A stretch of DNA of 64,000 nt from a virus (taxonomy: Duplodnaviria > Caudoviricetes): positions 32,001-96,000 of IMG/VR virus record IMGVR_UViG_3300028048_000081, one strand, 5' to 3'. The notes beneath the pieces were generated by a model. That model did not search any database and had not been told where the DNA came from. It saw nothing but the letters and a program-made list of their open reading frames with translations. This document shows, one piece after another, positions 37,152-47,489 of the stretch. Made by a program: the position numbers and the translations under genes. Every line of letters begins with the position of its first letter. Positions within the stretch are counted from its first letter, which is position 1.

Positions 37152-37720
37152 TGTTTACTCATGATATAATAAAGTTAAGGTACTCAATAGAAGGTTATCT
37201 TCCAAATTATCCTCCTCATCTTATATCCGATGAAGAGATGTTCGAAGCCTTCATTCCTTTGGGCTACTTTGATTTTGAACCTGGAAAAGATGTTACTATG
37301 GATCAGATAATGTGGAATCAATTTTGTTCAGATGATAATCCACACTATTTTATGGATAACTACCCGATGATAGCAGATAATCTTTTAGCTCAGTATAAAC
37401 AACTAGTATCCGATATAATATACCACATAAAGATGTTCCTCCTTGATTCGAGTTATTCTGTGCCTAGCTGGGTGTATTCTTACATGTTACATTCCGCTAT
37501 AGGTCCTACATCAAATAAAGAGGATATACATGATTTATTAGTTGCATTGATGTGCGATAATATAGATGATGAATATGATGAAAAGGCTTGCAATGCTTGT
37601 TATAATATATCGTGTAAATATATAGGTGGATTAGCAAAATCTGCTAGAGCATACAGACCTGCAACAATGTTTGGAGAACCTCATGTGGAAAAGTATTTGA
37701 GGATGAGGGATAAGATATGA
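37151..37720 (+). CDS. hypothetical protein
   Basis: ORF in tail operon; GGAGG RBS. Confidence 0.7.
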   Translation: MFTHDIIKLRYSIEGYLPNYPPHLISDEEMFEAFIPLGYFDFEPGKDVTMDQIMWNQFCSDDNPHYFMDNYPMIADNLLAQYKQLVSDIIYHIKMFLLDSSYSVPSWVYSYMLHSAIGPTSNKEDIHDLLVALMCDNIDDEYDEKACNACYNISCKYIGGLAKSARAYRPATMFGEPHVEKYLRMRDKI

Positions 37721-38724
37721 AATATCTAAAAATATCAAAAGATACAACATTGAAACGACTTACAGATCAGTTAGGATATCGTAATGTTGATAGTGTATTA
37801 GGCGTAAATGGATTAACTAGAAATCCTTATGTAGGAAAAGAATATGATAGGTTATGCAAAAGAATAACAAAAGAATCTTCATCAGTTGATTGGAAAACTA
37901 AAAAATCTGTTCTTAATACACTTACAGATAATTCTGACATATTTGAAACTGCAAGTTTGTTAGGAGAATCTGGTTGGAAGTTATTAGGTTCGGAATTACA
38001 GTTGTTACCTGGATACATAAAGATTCCAGATAATGTACAACTTCCAAATAGTATAGATATGTTGGGAGATGGAGTTGGAGTTAATCGTGATATATTTTTG
38101 AAGGTCATGGCTGGGCTAGAGGGAACTTATCATGAGATAGATCCAAGTATATTTTCATCTGTGAACGGCAGTCCCATGTCTATACTTAGAGATAGTACAA
38201 GATCTAGTTCTGTCGGAGCGATGAAAGCATTTAAGATACCTTGGGGAGAGGTATCTCTATATTCCTCGCTTGCAGATGATTATGTAGATTTTCCATGCTA
38301 TCCAGAAAATGTATCTGATATAATCAGGGCAAATTATACACAGATGCCAGATATGTTATATCAGTATGAACCTTGGATGATGTATAGCAATTCCGGTCCT
38401 AGATCAAACACATATACATTTGATATACATAGAGATATGTGGGACGATCATACAAATGGAAAAGCAAATCAGCTTGTACGATTCTGTGAAGCAAATTGTT
38501 ATCCTGAATATAATGGGGCATCAGTACATTCTGCAATAGTTACATTGTATATAGGTGGATCTGCAATAATACGAGGAATATTAACAGAAGTTAGTACAGA
38601 TTGGGATGGACCATTAGGGCACGATAAATTTTATCTTCATTTCAAGATATCATTAACAATACAGGAGATTTCGAGTTCTCCTTTGAGTTATGATACTATG
38701 AGAGCTAAACCGTTGATAGGGTGA
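37717..38724 (+). CDS. tail tube initiator/baseplate protein with N-terminal LysM-like domain
   Basis: DTTLKRL...NGL; FPCYPENVSD..ANY, YSNSGPRS.TYTF, YPEY, IRGILTEVSTDW. Confidence 0.6.
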   Translation: MKYLKISKDTTLKRLTDQLGYRNVDSVLGVNGLTRNPYVGKEYDRLCKRITKESSSVDWKTKKSVLNTLTDNSDIFETASLLGESGWKLLGSELQLLPGYIKIPDNVQLPNSIDMLGDGVGVNRDIFLKVMAGLEGTYHEIDPSIFSSVNGSPMSILRDSTRSSSVGAMKAFKIPWGEVSLYSSLADDYVDFPCYPENVSDIIRANYTQMPDMLYQYEPWMMYSNSGPRSNTYTFDIHRDMWDDHTNGKANQLVRFCEANCYPEYNGASVHSAIVTLYIGGSAIIRGILTEVSTDWDGPLGHDKFYLHFKISLTIQEISSSPLSYDTMRAKPLIG

Positions 38725-38728
38725 TAAT

Positions 38729-39160
38729 ATGATAAATTACGATACACTTATCCCATATAAAGAGATTGAATACAATGGTATAACATACAGTAATTGTGAG
38801 GAATATTCTCATGTTTCCAGATATCGGTGTTTAAGAACTGTGAATCATGTTAAATCCGATAGAAAGTCACATTTCATTTCGTTGGAAACACCGAACAATA
38901 TTCATGCAAATATTGAAGTAATATATTATATTGTAAGGGCAGAAGAAGAAAACAGGTTAGATATAATATCCAACAAGTATCTAGGATCTGCCGAATACAC
39001 ATGGGTTCTGTCCTACATAAACGAAATACACGATGGTTATACTGTTCATGAAGGGCAGAAGATAATGATACCAGCAAGCAAATCGGTTACTGCTTTATTT
39101 GAAACAGGAGAAATGCTCGCATCGGTTAATCCTCTGTTATTTAACTTAGGAGAGGAATAG
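38729..39160 (+). CDS. baseplate wedge LysM-like protein (gp53/gpX-like)
   Basis: ENRLDIISNKYLG...WVL..IN...GQKIMIP. Confidence 0.75.
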   Translation: MINYDTLIPYKEIEYNGITYSNCEEYSHVSRYRCLRTVNHVKSDRKSHFISLETPNNIHANIEVIYYIVRAEEENRLDIISNKYLGSAEYTWVLSYINEIHDGYTVHEGQKIMIPASKSVTALFETGEMLASVNPLLFNLGEE

Positions 39161-39161
39161 T

Positions 39162-40613
39162 ATGCTTAAGAACTGTTTTTTGAATTTCAGTCTTGCAGGA
39201 GTGAATCTTACCGAATTTGGAATGAAGATTCCATCTCCTGTAATTTCTCTTCAATTAACAAATAGTGAAATATCTAGTATGACCAGTTGGACTCTTACTT
39301 GTACAGTAGGAGGGAAAGATACAGAGAATGTAAATGTTGCATCTTTTGAAGCACTCCTATATAGTTCTGCTCAAAGTGCAAGTGGATATAGCAATTCAAG
39401 TGGTATTCCTGTATCATTTGCTTTTGGTTGGGTAGAAGATAACGGCGGAATTTCTGATTATGTTTCCTATCAAGGATTTACTATTCAGTTTAATGTTGCA
39501 ACAACAGGGCAGTATTTAACCTATACTATCAAAGGATACGCATCTTTAGCAATACAGAGTCATACACCAGTATTGAATATACCAGAAGTAAATGGTATAG
39601 TTCAGCCATCTGCTATTGTTGAAGCGCTTGCAAAAGCAACAAAAGCAACATCATATTATCAGTTAGATATCGACCATAATGATACTCCTACATATGTCAG
39701 TCATGGGGCAATGACAACAAGTTTCAATAATTATGTTAGAGGATCATATTCTGGAGAAGATGATTATGATTCATTCCCAGGATTGTTGAAGTTATCAAAA
39801 TCATACAGTGGATCAAGAGAATCTTCTGGATTAGATTCTAAATACAGAAAATTAAGTTCTGTTGTAAATAATTCAACAGTTACTCCATTAGGAAATTATT
39901 TGAAGCGTCATGTTTCCGATACTTCTCCTGTAGGAGCATCTTTTTCTTATTGGATTGATGAACCTACCATGACGCAACCAGGAGTAATACATTACAAGAG
40001 TAATTCAGGACTTACAGTTAATCAATCTTCCGATACACTTATGTATGGAACTTCTAATGGAAATGTAATATCAATATCGGGTCAGTATAATGGTGTTGCT
40101 TATAACATGACAGATATGAGATTTTCTACTTTAGGATTTTCTGTAGATGGTAGTGGAAATAGTATTGTATCTAAAGCAAATGTAGTAAATAGTTGGAGTA
40201 GTTCATTAGCAGAAGTATTTCAAACAACAAATATAATAAATGATGTAAATGCAATAGCATCTCAATTTAGTGGAGAGTTTACTATACAGATACCTGGAAG
40301 TACTAAAAAGTATGAACTTGCGCAGCCAGTATCTCTTCTAGTTATGTCTGAGAATACGTTATCTCCAATATCAGGTGTATACAACATAATGTCAGTATCT
40401 CATGCAATTTCATCTAATTTCATAACAACACTTAGATTGAAACGTCTTGTAATGAGTACTGCAAATCAAGTTGCAAGTATACAGAACATAACAGTAAATG
40501 GTTCAAGTTACATGCAGAATTCAATATCCAAAACGCCAAATATAAAATCTCCTTATGAAGTAGATTTTGGTCAGATGTATCCCACATTCGAGCACATGGG
40601 AATTGTAACTTAG
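39162..40613 (+). CDS. baseplate hub protein (gp27/gpD-like)
   Basis: FAFGW; C-terminal ISGVYNIMSVSHAISSNFITTLRL. Confidence 0.65.
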   Translation: MLKNCFLNFSLAGVNLTEFGMKIPSPVISLQLTNSEISSMTSWTLTCTVGGKDTENVNVASFEALLYSSAQSASGYSNSSGIPVSFAFGWVEDNGGISDYVSYQGFTIQFNVATTGQYLTYTIKGYASLAIQSHTPVLNIPEVNGIVQPSAIVEALAKATKATSYYQLDIDHNDTPTYVSHGAMTTSFNNYVRGSYSGEDDYDSFPGLLKLSKSYSGSRESSGLDSKYRKLSSVVNNSTVTPLGNYLKRHVSDTSPVGASFSYWIDEPTMTQPGVIHYKSNSGLTVNQSSDTLMYGTSNGNVISISGQYNGVAYNMTDMRFSTLGFSVDGSGNSIVSKANVVNSWSSSLAEVFQTTNIINDVNAIASQFSGEFTIQIPGSTKKYELAQPVSLLVMSENTLSPISGVYNIMSVSHAISSNFITTLRLKRLVMSTANQVASIQNITVNGSSYMQNSISKTPNIKSPYEVDFGQMYPTFEHMGIVT

Positions 40614-40621
40614 GAGATGCA

Positions 40622-41260
40622 ATGGTTTACAATAATTGTGTAATAACACATCAAAATTCAAGAGTTATCATTCCATATATAGATTCAAAGCAGTCTGAAG
40701 ATTTTAAGAAATATAAAACATTAAATCTAGGAGTAGATTTACAAGGAAGATCTATATATACTATATCTTCTGGAACAATTTCTCAGATTACTTCATCAAG
40801 TGTGCTGATTGTTGGCGAAAATAAAGATGCATACTTTTATTCTAATATAGAACCGAATGAATTTTTAGAAGAAGGAGATAGAATAGAGTCCGGAGGATAC
40901 ATAGGGGAAACTAAGAATAGTGTACACTTTGAATATTTGCAAAATATGAAAACATCCTCTAGTTTGCAAATTGGATCGAAAGTATATTATAGGATAGATC
41001 CAACAACAATACTAGAAGAAAATATTTTAAGAGGAAAAGATATAAATATACGTTTACAGACTGATCCAGAGTTTGCAGAAGAAAAATTGTATTATGATAG
41101 TCATCCAGAAGTAAAGAGTCCTGAAGAGGAGTTAGAAGAGATGATGGATAGCGAAGATGATGACGATATGGAACCTGATAATGACGGTTCTGAGGATACA
41201 GGTTATCCAGAAGGTTATGGTATGCCACCGTCGGAGATACAACAGAGTCCTGATATATGA
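40622..41260 (+). CDS. degenerate M23 peptidase-like protein
   Basis: GVDL..SGTI..GDRIESGGYIG..VHFE..IDP; some metal ligands missing. Confidence 0.5.
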   Translation: MVYNNCVITHQNSRVIIPYIDSKQSEDFKKYKTLNLGVDLQGRSIYTISSGTISQITSSSVLIVGENKDAYFYSNIEPNEFLEEGDRIESGGYIGETKNSVHFEYLQNMKTSSSLQIGSKVYYRIDPTTILEENILRGKDINIRLQTDPEFAEEKLYYDSHPEVKSPEEELEEMMDSEDDDDMEPDNDGSEDTGYPEGYGMPPSEIQQSPDI

Positions 41261-42924
41261 AGCCGAAATTTTATAAACAATATGATAAGAAATATGCAAG
41301 CCATGGAAACGGTAAGGGGCAAACAATAGGTAGGAATGGATGCGGACCTTCTGCTTGTGCAAATGTAATTGCAGCATTAGTAGATTCTGATATTACACCT
41401 ATTGATACTTGGGACTGGTTTTGTAAACATAATTATATGACACCTTCGGGTTCTATACATGCTGCTATTCCTGCCTGTTTAAAACATTGGGGAATAAAAA
41501 CAAAAGAAACACGGAGTGTAGCAGATGTTAGAAATTGTATCAAATCTGGTGGATGGGCAGTAACTTTAATGGGCCCTGGCAGATGGACTAGAGGGGGGCA
41601 TTTTATAGTTCCTTATGGAATACACCATAGAGATAAACTATATGTAAGCGATAGCGGTTATTCTGATGACTACCACCAGAAAAATGGATCTTTATCAGAT
41701 TTTAGATCTAGTTTCATAGTAGGATGGCTGATAGAAGATTTAGGAGATGGAGCATCTGGAGGTAGTGGAAATAAAAAGAAAAAATCAGGTGGTTTCAGAT
41801 TAGAAGATATAGATGATAAATTCATAACCCCATATGTTTTAACAATAGGAAGAGAGGATAACCCTAAAGAATTTGAGTGTAAAGAGTGGAAAGAGAATAG
41901 GGTATTAGGAGTCATATTAGAAGCAGGATATTATTTTGATAAAAATCATGTTCCTGTAAAATCATTTAGGAATAGAAAGTTATATGATCAATGTAAGAAA
42001 ATAGTATCTCATAATTTTGAATTTGGATATTTTTTCAACGGAAGAGCAAAGAGTGCAAAAGAAGTAGAAAAAGAAATATATGAATTTTCGTTCATAACTA
42101 GAAAGTATGCTCCGACGATGGGAGTATGGATAGTTGCGGATTTCTTAAAAAGAAAGAAAGACAGAACATATAAAAAATTCAATGATGGAATATTAGCAGC
42201 ATATGAAAAGGAACTGATAAGATTAGGACTTACAGGTAGGATCGGAATATATTGTAAACATGAAGATCTAAAATACTTTTCTTGGGACAAGTTACAAGAA
42301 AAATGGTGGTTATGGTTAAATGATCCTGTTAAGAAAATTGATAATCTTAATGGAGTATTAGATCCTAAATTCTTTGATACAGATAATAAGAGTGGAGAAT
42401 TACCTGAGAATCCTTCTGTACAACTATACTTCGGTCCGGATGAAGAAGTGACATCTGATGCTGTAAAATGGGCAAAGAAGATTGCAAATAATAATGATTT
42501 TGCATATGGTGTTGGAAAACGATCTCATAATCAAGGATGTTATTTCTGCGGTACAAATAGAAGCGGGAAGAAGAAAGCAAAGAAGGGTTCTAAATGGGAG
42601 AAAACATATTGCAGTAGTACTTTAATATGTGCAGCATATGTTCATGGTGGAAAGATCAGAAAGAGATGTTGGAATAGTGGAGTAAGTGTAGCAAGTTGGA
42701 CAAAACATGGGTTCACATACATAGGCACAAATGTTCCAAAGAAGAAACTAGAACCTGGTGATGTTATACTAACTAAATCTCATGTTTCTATGTATATAGG
42801 AGATGGAAAAATTGTCCATGCTCGTAAAGAAGGTTGGGGAAATGATACTATAGTTATTGGAAAGTTTTCTCCAAAGAAACCATATAATGTTGTGAGATAT
42901 ATGAATAGGAATTATACTAAATAA
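41257..42924 (+). CDS. virion-associated cell-wall hydrolase: C39-like peptidase + GH25-like barrel + NlpC/P60
   Basis: YKQYD..GCGPSA..GGHFIV; GVILEAG..FGYFF..GIY; YCSS..PGDVIL..HVSMYIGDGKIVHA. Confidence 0.75.
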   Translation: MKPKFYKQYDKKYASHGNGKGQTIGRNGCGPSACANVIAALVDSDITPIDTWDWFCKHNYMTPSGSIHAAIPACLKHWGIKTKETRSVADVRNCIKSGGWAVTLMGPGRWTRGGHFIVPYGIHHRDKLYVSDSGYSDDYHQKNGSLSDFRSSFIVGWLIEDLGDGASGGSGNKKKKSGGFRLEDIDDKFITPYVLTIGREDNPKEFECKEWKENRVLGVILEAGYYFDKNHVPVKSFRNRKLYDQCKKIVSHNFEFGYFFNGRAKSAKEVEKEIYEFSFITRKYAPTMGVWIVADFLKRKKDRTYKKFNDGILAAYEKELIRLGLTGRIGIYCKHEDLKYFSWDKLQEKWWLWLNDPVKKIDNLNGVLDPKFFDTDNKSGELPENPSVQLYFGPDEEVTSDAVKWAKKIANNNDFAYGVGKRSHNQGCYFCGTNRSGKKKAKKGSKWEKTYCSSTLICAAYVHGGKIRKRCWNSGVSVASWTKHGFTYIGTNVPKKKLEPGDVILTKSHVSMYIGDGKIVHARKEGWGNDTIVIGKFSPKKPYNVVRYMNRNYTK

Positions 42925-42925
42925 G

Positions 42926-44959
42926 ATGTCTGGTAAAGTTATAAAAGTTCCAAAATCGGTTGATCAAAGTGGTATTGTAAAAGATGCTACAAACAACTAT
43001 AAAACTAGGCCTTGGGCATCGGGAACAGGGCAGGCTGCAGTTTCTAAATTATGGAAGAAGAGGGGTAGCGAACATACTAGGGGAATTGCTACAATAAGCG
43101 GTAATTATCTTGTTGCTGTATCTGGAGTATTTGGAAAAGCTGGTGATGGAATTGTTATCAATCTTTCAGGTGGGATTAGAATACCAGCAATAATAGCGGA
43201 TATAAAAGGGAGCGATAAAGCAAACAAATGGGGACACGATTTTGGAGGAAGGACATCATTAGTAGAGTGGGAAGCATATACTGTATATCAAAAAATAAAG
43301 TTAGGTAGTTGGGAAGGAAAGAAAGTAAAAAGTATAATCAATTTCGGAAAGTATTCTGGTAATAAAAAGGTAACGGAAGGAATTGAGAGCGGAGTTGATA
43401 AGTATTTAAAAGTTGCAAGATCAGCATTAGGGCCTGGCGGAAAAGAATGGGTCAAGAAAACAGCAGATAGTTTTCATCCGGGTGCATGGTGTGCAGATAC
43501 TCAATGTGCATTTGCTATAAAAACTAAATTTGCAGGAAAGATAATGCCTAGAAATAAATCTATGGCAGGTGCATTTGGTCAAGCGATAGTAGAAAAATAT
43601 GGTGGAAAATACATAAAGGGGCCTGGATATAATGGTGGCAGAAAAGTAGTACCAGAGCCCGGAGATATAGTAGAGCATAGAGGAAAAGGAAAGAAGTATA
43701 GTTCTGCTCATGTAGGTGTGGTAGAAAAAGTCAAGAATGGAACAGTAACTTCCATTGACGGTAATTATAATGATAAAGTATCTCGTAGGAGTTTTTCAAC
43801 ATCTGATAAATCGATTTCTTGGTATGCCAGACCAGATTGGGATAAAGTTGGAGGATCTGGAACATATGATGACGATGATGAAGATGGTGGCGGGGGATTA
43901 TTATATGATACTTTAAGTACAAGAGCAGATGCCACTATAAGAGATGTATGTTATGCAGATAAAGATGGGAATCCCTCAAAGAAGAAAGAAAGATATAGAT
44001 TAAGTGTTCTTAATTATACATCTGCTCTATTTTGGATGATATATATTCTTGGTGGAACTGAAAATGAAGGCGAAGAAGGAGAGGAAGAAGAAGGCGAAGC
44101 ATCATTTCCTAGTTGGATGAATAAGAATTCAAGATATGTTTTTGAATTCTTATCTGGTAAAGGTCTTAACAAAGCAGCAATTTGTGGAATACTAGGAAAC
44201 ATGTCTAAAGAGAATACTAACTTCAAACCTGGGCTATTCAATGGAGTAGATCATTATGGTATATGTCAGTGGTCATCTGGAAGATATGGAAATACAAAGC
44301 ATACAATAAAAGCAGAATGTAAACTATTGTGGAAGGAATTGAATGGTAGTTACAAAGGAGTTCTTAGTGCCCTTAAGAAAGTTAAGAATACAAAAAGCGG
44401 AGCAGAATCTGCTGCTGAAATATTTTGTAAGCAGTTTGAACGTCCTGGAAACTATTCTAAAGAAGTTCCAGAAAGACAGAAAAGAGCAATTAAGTATTTT
44501 AACGGTATAGAAGTAGGTGTATCCAAAAAAGGTTGGCACATGCCTTATGCTAAAGGGTGTAAGTACTATGGAAATAAAGACGGAGATTTCATGGCTAAAA
44601 GAAGTTATGAAAATCATCCAGGAATAGATATGACAAATCCAACAAAACCAAATATACTTGCAATAAATGGTGGAAAAGTTATACGTGCAAGTTATTTTGG
44701 CGGATACGGAAACTGTGTAGATATACAACATTCTGGAGGCTATTGGTCAAGATATGGCCATGGTAGTAAATTACTTGTGAAGAAAGGAGATAAAGTAGAT
44801 TCAGGTCAGAAGATAATGGTAGCAGGAAGTACAGGTCATTCTTATGGAGTACATCTTCATTTAGAACTACACAAGAAAGATAAATTGATAAGTCCTAGAA
44901 CATTTCTTCCGATACCTAAATATACAAGTTCTTCATTCAAACAGTTTACAGTTAAATAG
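42926..44959 (+). CDS. virion-associated lysin: N-terminal domain + CHAP + phage tail lysozyme + M23 peptidase
   Basis: WCA..PGDIV..HVGVV..IDGN; AICGILGNM.KE..YGICQW..FERP; HPGID..YGH..HLHLE. Confidence 0.8.
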   Translation: MSGKVIKVPKSVDQSGIVKDATNNYKTRPWASGTGQAAVSKLWKKRGSEHTRGIATISGNYLVAVSGVFGKAGDGIVINLSGGIRIPAIIADIKGSDKANKWGHDFGGRTSLVEWEAYTVYQKIKLGSWEGKKVKSIINFGKYSGNKKVTEGIESGVDKYLKVARSALGPGGKEWVKKTADSFHPGAWCADTQCAFAIKTKFAGKIMPRNKSMAGAFGQAIVEKYGGKYIKGPGYNGGRKVVPEPGDIVEHRGKGKKYSSAHVGVVEKVKNGTVTSIDGNYNDKVSRRSFSTSDKSISWYARPDWDKVGGSGTYDDDDEDGGGGLLYDTLSTRADATIRDVCYADKDGNPSKKKERYRLSVLNYTSALFWMIYILGGTENEGEEGEEEEGEASFPSWMNKNSRYVFEFLSGKGLNKAAICGILGNMSKENTNFKPGLFNGVDHYGICQWSSGRYGNTKHTIKAECKLLWKELNGSYKGVLSALKKVKNTKSGAESAAEIFCKQFERPGNYSKEVPERQKRAIKYFNGIEVGVSKKGWHMPYAKGCKYYGNKDGDFMAKRSYENHPGIDMTNPTKPNILAINGGKVIRASYFGGYGNCVDIQHSGGYWSRYGHGSKLLVKKGDKVDSGQKIMVAGSTGHSYGVHLHLELHKKDKLISPRTFLPIPKYTSSSFKQFTVK

Positions 44960-44968
44960 GTGATAGTT

Positions 44969-45280
44969 ATGATAGTATATGGTTATGCAAAAGATGTGAA
45001 ATATGATAGAAACGGTACAATGTATGTAAGAGTTCGTGTACCTCAGATACATGGTCCTGAAGATAGAACGGAATATTCTGGGCAACAAGCAAGAAATTAT
45101 ACATGGGATAGAGACCTTCCGTACTATCCTGCGAATATGCTTTCTGCTGTCCCTCAAGATGGGGATGTAGTTGAATTACAAACTTCTAATGATAAGAATG
45201 CAGATTTCATTGTTAGTGGATTAACAGGTGCTACTTTTTCTGGAATAGAAACAAATATACATACAGGGAGGTATGAATAA
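44969..45280 (+). CDS. baseplate spike OB-fold protein (gp5 N-terminal/gpV-like)
   Basis: VRVRVPQIHG ... PQDGDVV. Confidence 0.6.
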   Translation: MIVYGYAKDVKYDRNGTMYVRVRVPQIHGPEDRTEYSGQQARNYTWDRDLPYYPANMLSAVPQDGDVVELQTSNDKNADFIVSGLTGATFSGIETNIHTGRYE

Positions 45281-45744
45281 TGGCAAATACTACTTCGTGG
45301 GCTTTTCCAAAGATATTTGATGCTACTACAAACAAAGTAAACATATATGAAGATGAAAAATCTGTGGTTAACAGATGCAGACTTCTTATGTTAACAGAAC
45401 CTACTGAGTTGTATATGAATCCAAGATTCGGAGTAGGGTTGAAGCGATTTCTTTGGCAGTACAATACAACAAATACACGTCCTATGATAGAAGATAGAAT
45501 ACGGGAACAGATAAGAGTAAACGAACCTTGTGTTGATGCGGATGATATTCAATTCTCATCTAATACTGTAGAGGATCCAAATAAACAATTTAGGTCGCAA
45601 GAATACAACAGATTAGATATGTCTGTTGGTTTAAAAACAACATTTGGAGGTACTGTTATAGTTCCACTGTCAGATGAAATAACTAGATGGTCGGATGACG
45701 GTACTTATACTAATACAGATGAATTAGCATTGACAGAAAAATAA
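45280..45744 (+). CDS. baseplate wedge/sheath initiator (gp25/gpW-like)
   Basis: LLMLTEPTELYMNPRFGVGLKRFLW...IR.NEP. Confidence 0.85.
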   Translation: MANTTSWAFPKIFDATTNKVNIYEDEKSVVNRCRLLMLTEPTELYMNPRFGVGLKRFLWQYNTTNTRPMIEDRIREQIRVNEPCVDADDIQFSSNTVEDPNKQFRSQEYNRLDMSVGLKTTFGGTVIVPLSDEITRWSDDGTYTNTDELALTEK

Positions 45745-45749
45745 TAGAA

Positions 45750-46772
45750 ATGTATTCAATAGAAAAGGCAACAAAAATATTTCATGAAATGTATGGAATA
45801 AATAATCCTATGGAGAATGCTGAGTTTGTAAGAAGGTTCTCCAGGAATTTCAGATCCGAATCTGATCTTGCCATCGAAGATAGAATATTAGATGCTACAA
45901 AAAATAAAAGTTCCGGTGATGATAGAATATTTAAAAATCTGTTTTCTGATATGTTGGATTCTGAAGGAATAGAATATGTCAGGAATTATGAATTAGGCGA
46001 GTATACTTTTGACTTCAAATTGAAAGATAGTAATACAGTAATTCAAACATGTAATACAAATACACATAATAATGTTTTTAGTTTTGATGAATATGGTAGA
46101 GGTATAAATAGCAATCTTCATGAAAAAGAATGCAAAGCAGCAATTAAAGAGGGGTTGAAATGTATTCATGTATTTGATTGGGATGATCCTGTATCAATAT
46201 TAAATAACATAAAGTCAGAAAATAAAGAATATTCGGATATATCTGTAGAGAAAATATCAGAAAGTATGTTTAGGCAATTTCTTTCTTTATATGATATGAA
46301 TAAAGATAATAAGAAATGTAATTTCTACTATGGTATATTTTCAAATAATGATCTAATAAGTGTAGGAGCTTTTCGTCATACTAGAAGAAATAAATATGAT
46401 TGGGAACTTACAAAATATTGTGAGGATTCTAATGTTTGGCACGAAGATAGAATAAGCAAACTTATTGATAAGATGATCTCAGATAACAAAGGGAAAACAG
46501 TATCTACATATCTAGAATTGTCAAAATATAATGTAGGTTGTATTGATGCACTAGAAAAGTGTCATTTCAGTTATAGAAATAAAATATATCCAGATAGAAT
46601 ATGGTCAAAAGGGATTGAGCATGTTTCACAAAGTTTCATAGGCAATAGATCCTATTCACAACTATTTCATATAAAAGAAAAATCTGATAGTTCTACATAT
46701 ACTCAATTTATTGAAAATGGATGGCTACCTGTATATGGTTGCGGAAAATGGGTGTATGTGTATGAAAAATAG
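45750..46772 (+). CDS. degenerate Hef-like endonuclease with GNAT/Mom-like C-terminal domain
   Basis: FDFKL..VIQTCN.NTHN..CIHVFDWD; WELTKYC; PVYGCG; parallels 21945. Confidence 0.55.
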   Translation: MYSIEKATKIFHEMYGINNPMENAEFVRRFSRNFRSESDLAIEDRILDATKNKSSGDDRIFKNLFSDMLDSEGIEYVRNYELGEYTFDFKLKDSNTVIQTCNTNTHNNVFSFDEYGRGINSNLHEKECKAAIKEGLKCIHVFDWDDPVSILNNIKSENKEYSDISVEKISESMFRQFLSLYDMNKDNKKCNFYYGIFSNNDLISVGAFRHTRRNKYDWELTKYCEDSNVWHEDRISKLIDKMISDNKGKTVSTYLELSKYNVGCIDALEKCHFSYRNKIYPDRIWSKGIEHVSQSFIGNRSYSQLFHIKEKSDSSTYTQFIENGWLPVYGCGKWVYVYEK

Positions 46773-47007
46773 CATTGGAAAGATACCAGTTAAAGCATAT
46801 TCTCTATTAGATAAGCACAGACCTGATTGGGTTGAAGAATTATTGAGATATGAAGAAATAGAGATTGTAGAACCTTGTATAAAAATACAACAAAATGGTG
46901 AAGAATTCCTTGTTCCGCATGATGGATATATAATAATGGATTCAACAGGAAACATATATTCTTGTTCCAGAATGGATTTTCTAAATAGTTTTAAGGAGAA
47001 AAAATAA
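46762..47007 (+). CDS. small hypothetical protein (PGDYG-like)
   Basis: DGYIIMDSTGNIYSC..F...F; start re-assigned to ATG 46762. Confidence 0.55.
   Translation: MKNSIGKIPVKAYSLLDKHRPDWVEELLRYEEIEIVEPCIKIQQNGEEFLVPHDGYIIMDSTGNIYSCSRMDFLNSFKEKK
46871..46881 (+). promoter_or_regulatory. putative late promoter inside a CDS
   Basis: AACCTTGTATA, about 600 nt upstream of baseplate J. Confidence 0.5.
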
Positions 47008-47297
47008 TGGCAGATTCTTCGACAATATATAGTAAATTAACAGACATAACAGAACTAGGATCAGAAATAAAGGGGCTGGAGTTCGAATTACCTAGATTAG
47101 AAAAGGCAATACAGCAAAATATAGATTTTATAGTAAGTGTAGAAACAGATAAATTAAATACTGGTGATAGCAGTTCTATAACTCCTTCATACTTACATAT
47201 TGTAAGAAAAGAGGACAAGATATACATAAAAGCAATGCTTGAAGGTATCCTTGCAGATGATATAGATAAACTTAACAGTATTCTGGAGGATCAATGA
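47007..47297 (+). CDS. hypothetical protein
   Basis: AAGGAG RBS. Confidence 0.7.
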   Translation: MADSSTIYSKLTDITELGSEIKGLEFELPRLEKAIQQNIDFIVSVETDKLNTGDSSSITPSYLHIVRKEDKIYIKAMLEGILADDIDKLNSILEDQ

Positions 47298-47443
47298 TGG
47301 ATAGACCAAATCCACCTTGTAAAGGATGTAAAGATAGATACCTCGGATGTCATTCTAAGTGTAAAAAATACATAGAATTTAGAAAAAAGAAAGATGAGTG
47401 GAACGAATTAGTTATAGAAAATAAGAAGAAGGATAAAATCTAA
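47294..47443 (+). CDS. small Cys/His zinc-binding protein (PCKGCKDRYLGCHSKC)
   Basis: Manual translation; GGAGG RBS. Confidence 0.65.
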   Translation: MMDRPNPPCKGCKDRYLGCHSKCKKYIEFRKKKDEWNELVIENKKKDKI

Positions 47444-47489
47444 TATCATATATTGTAAACTGTACTTATTGATAATGGGAGAATAAATA

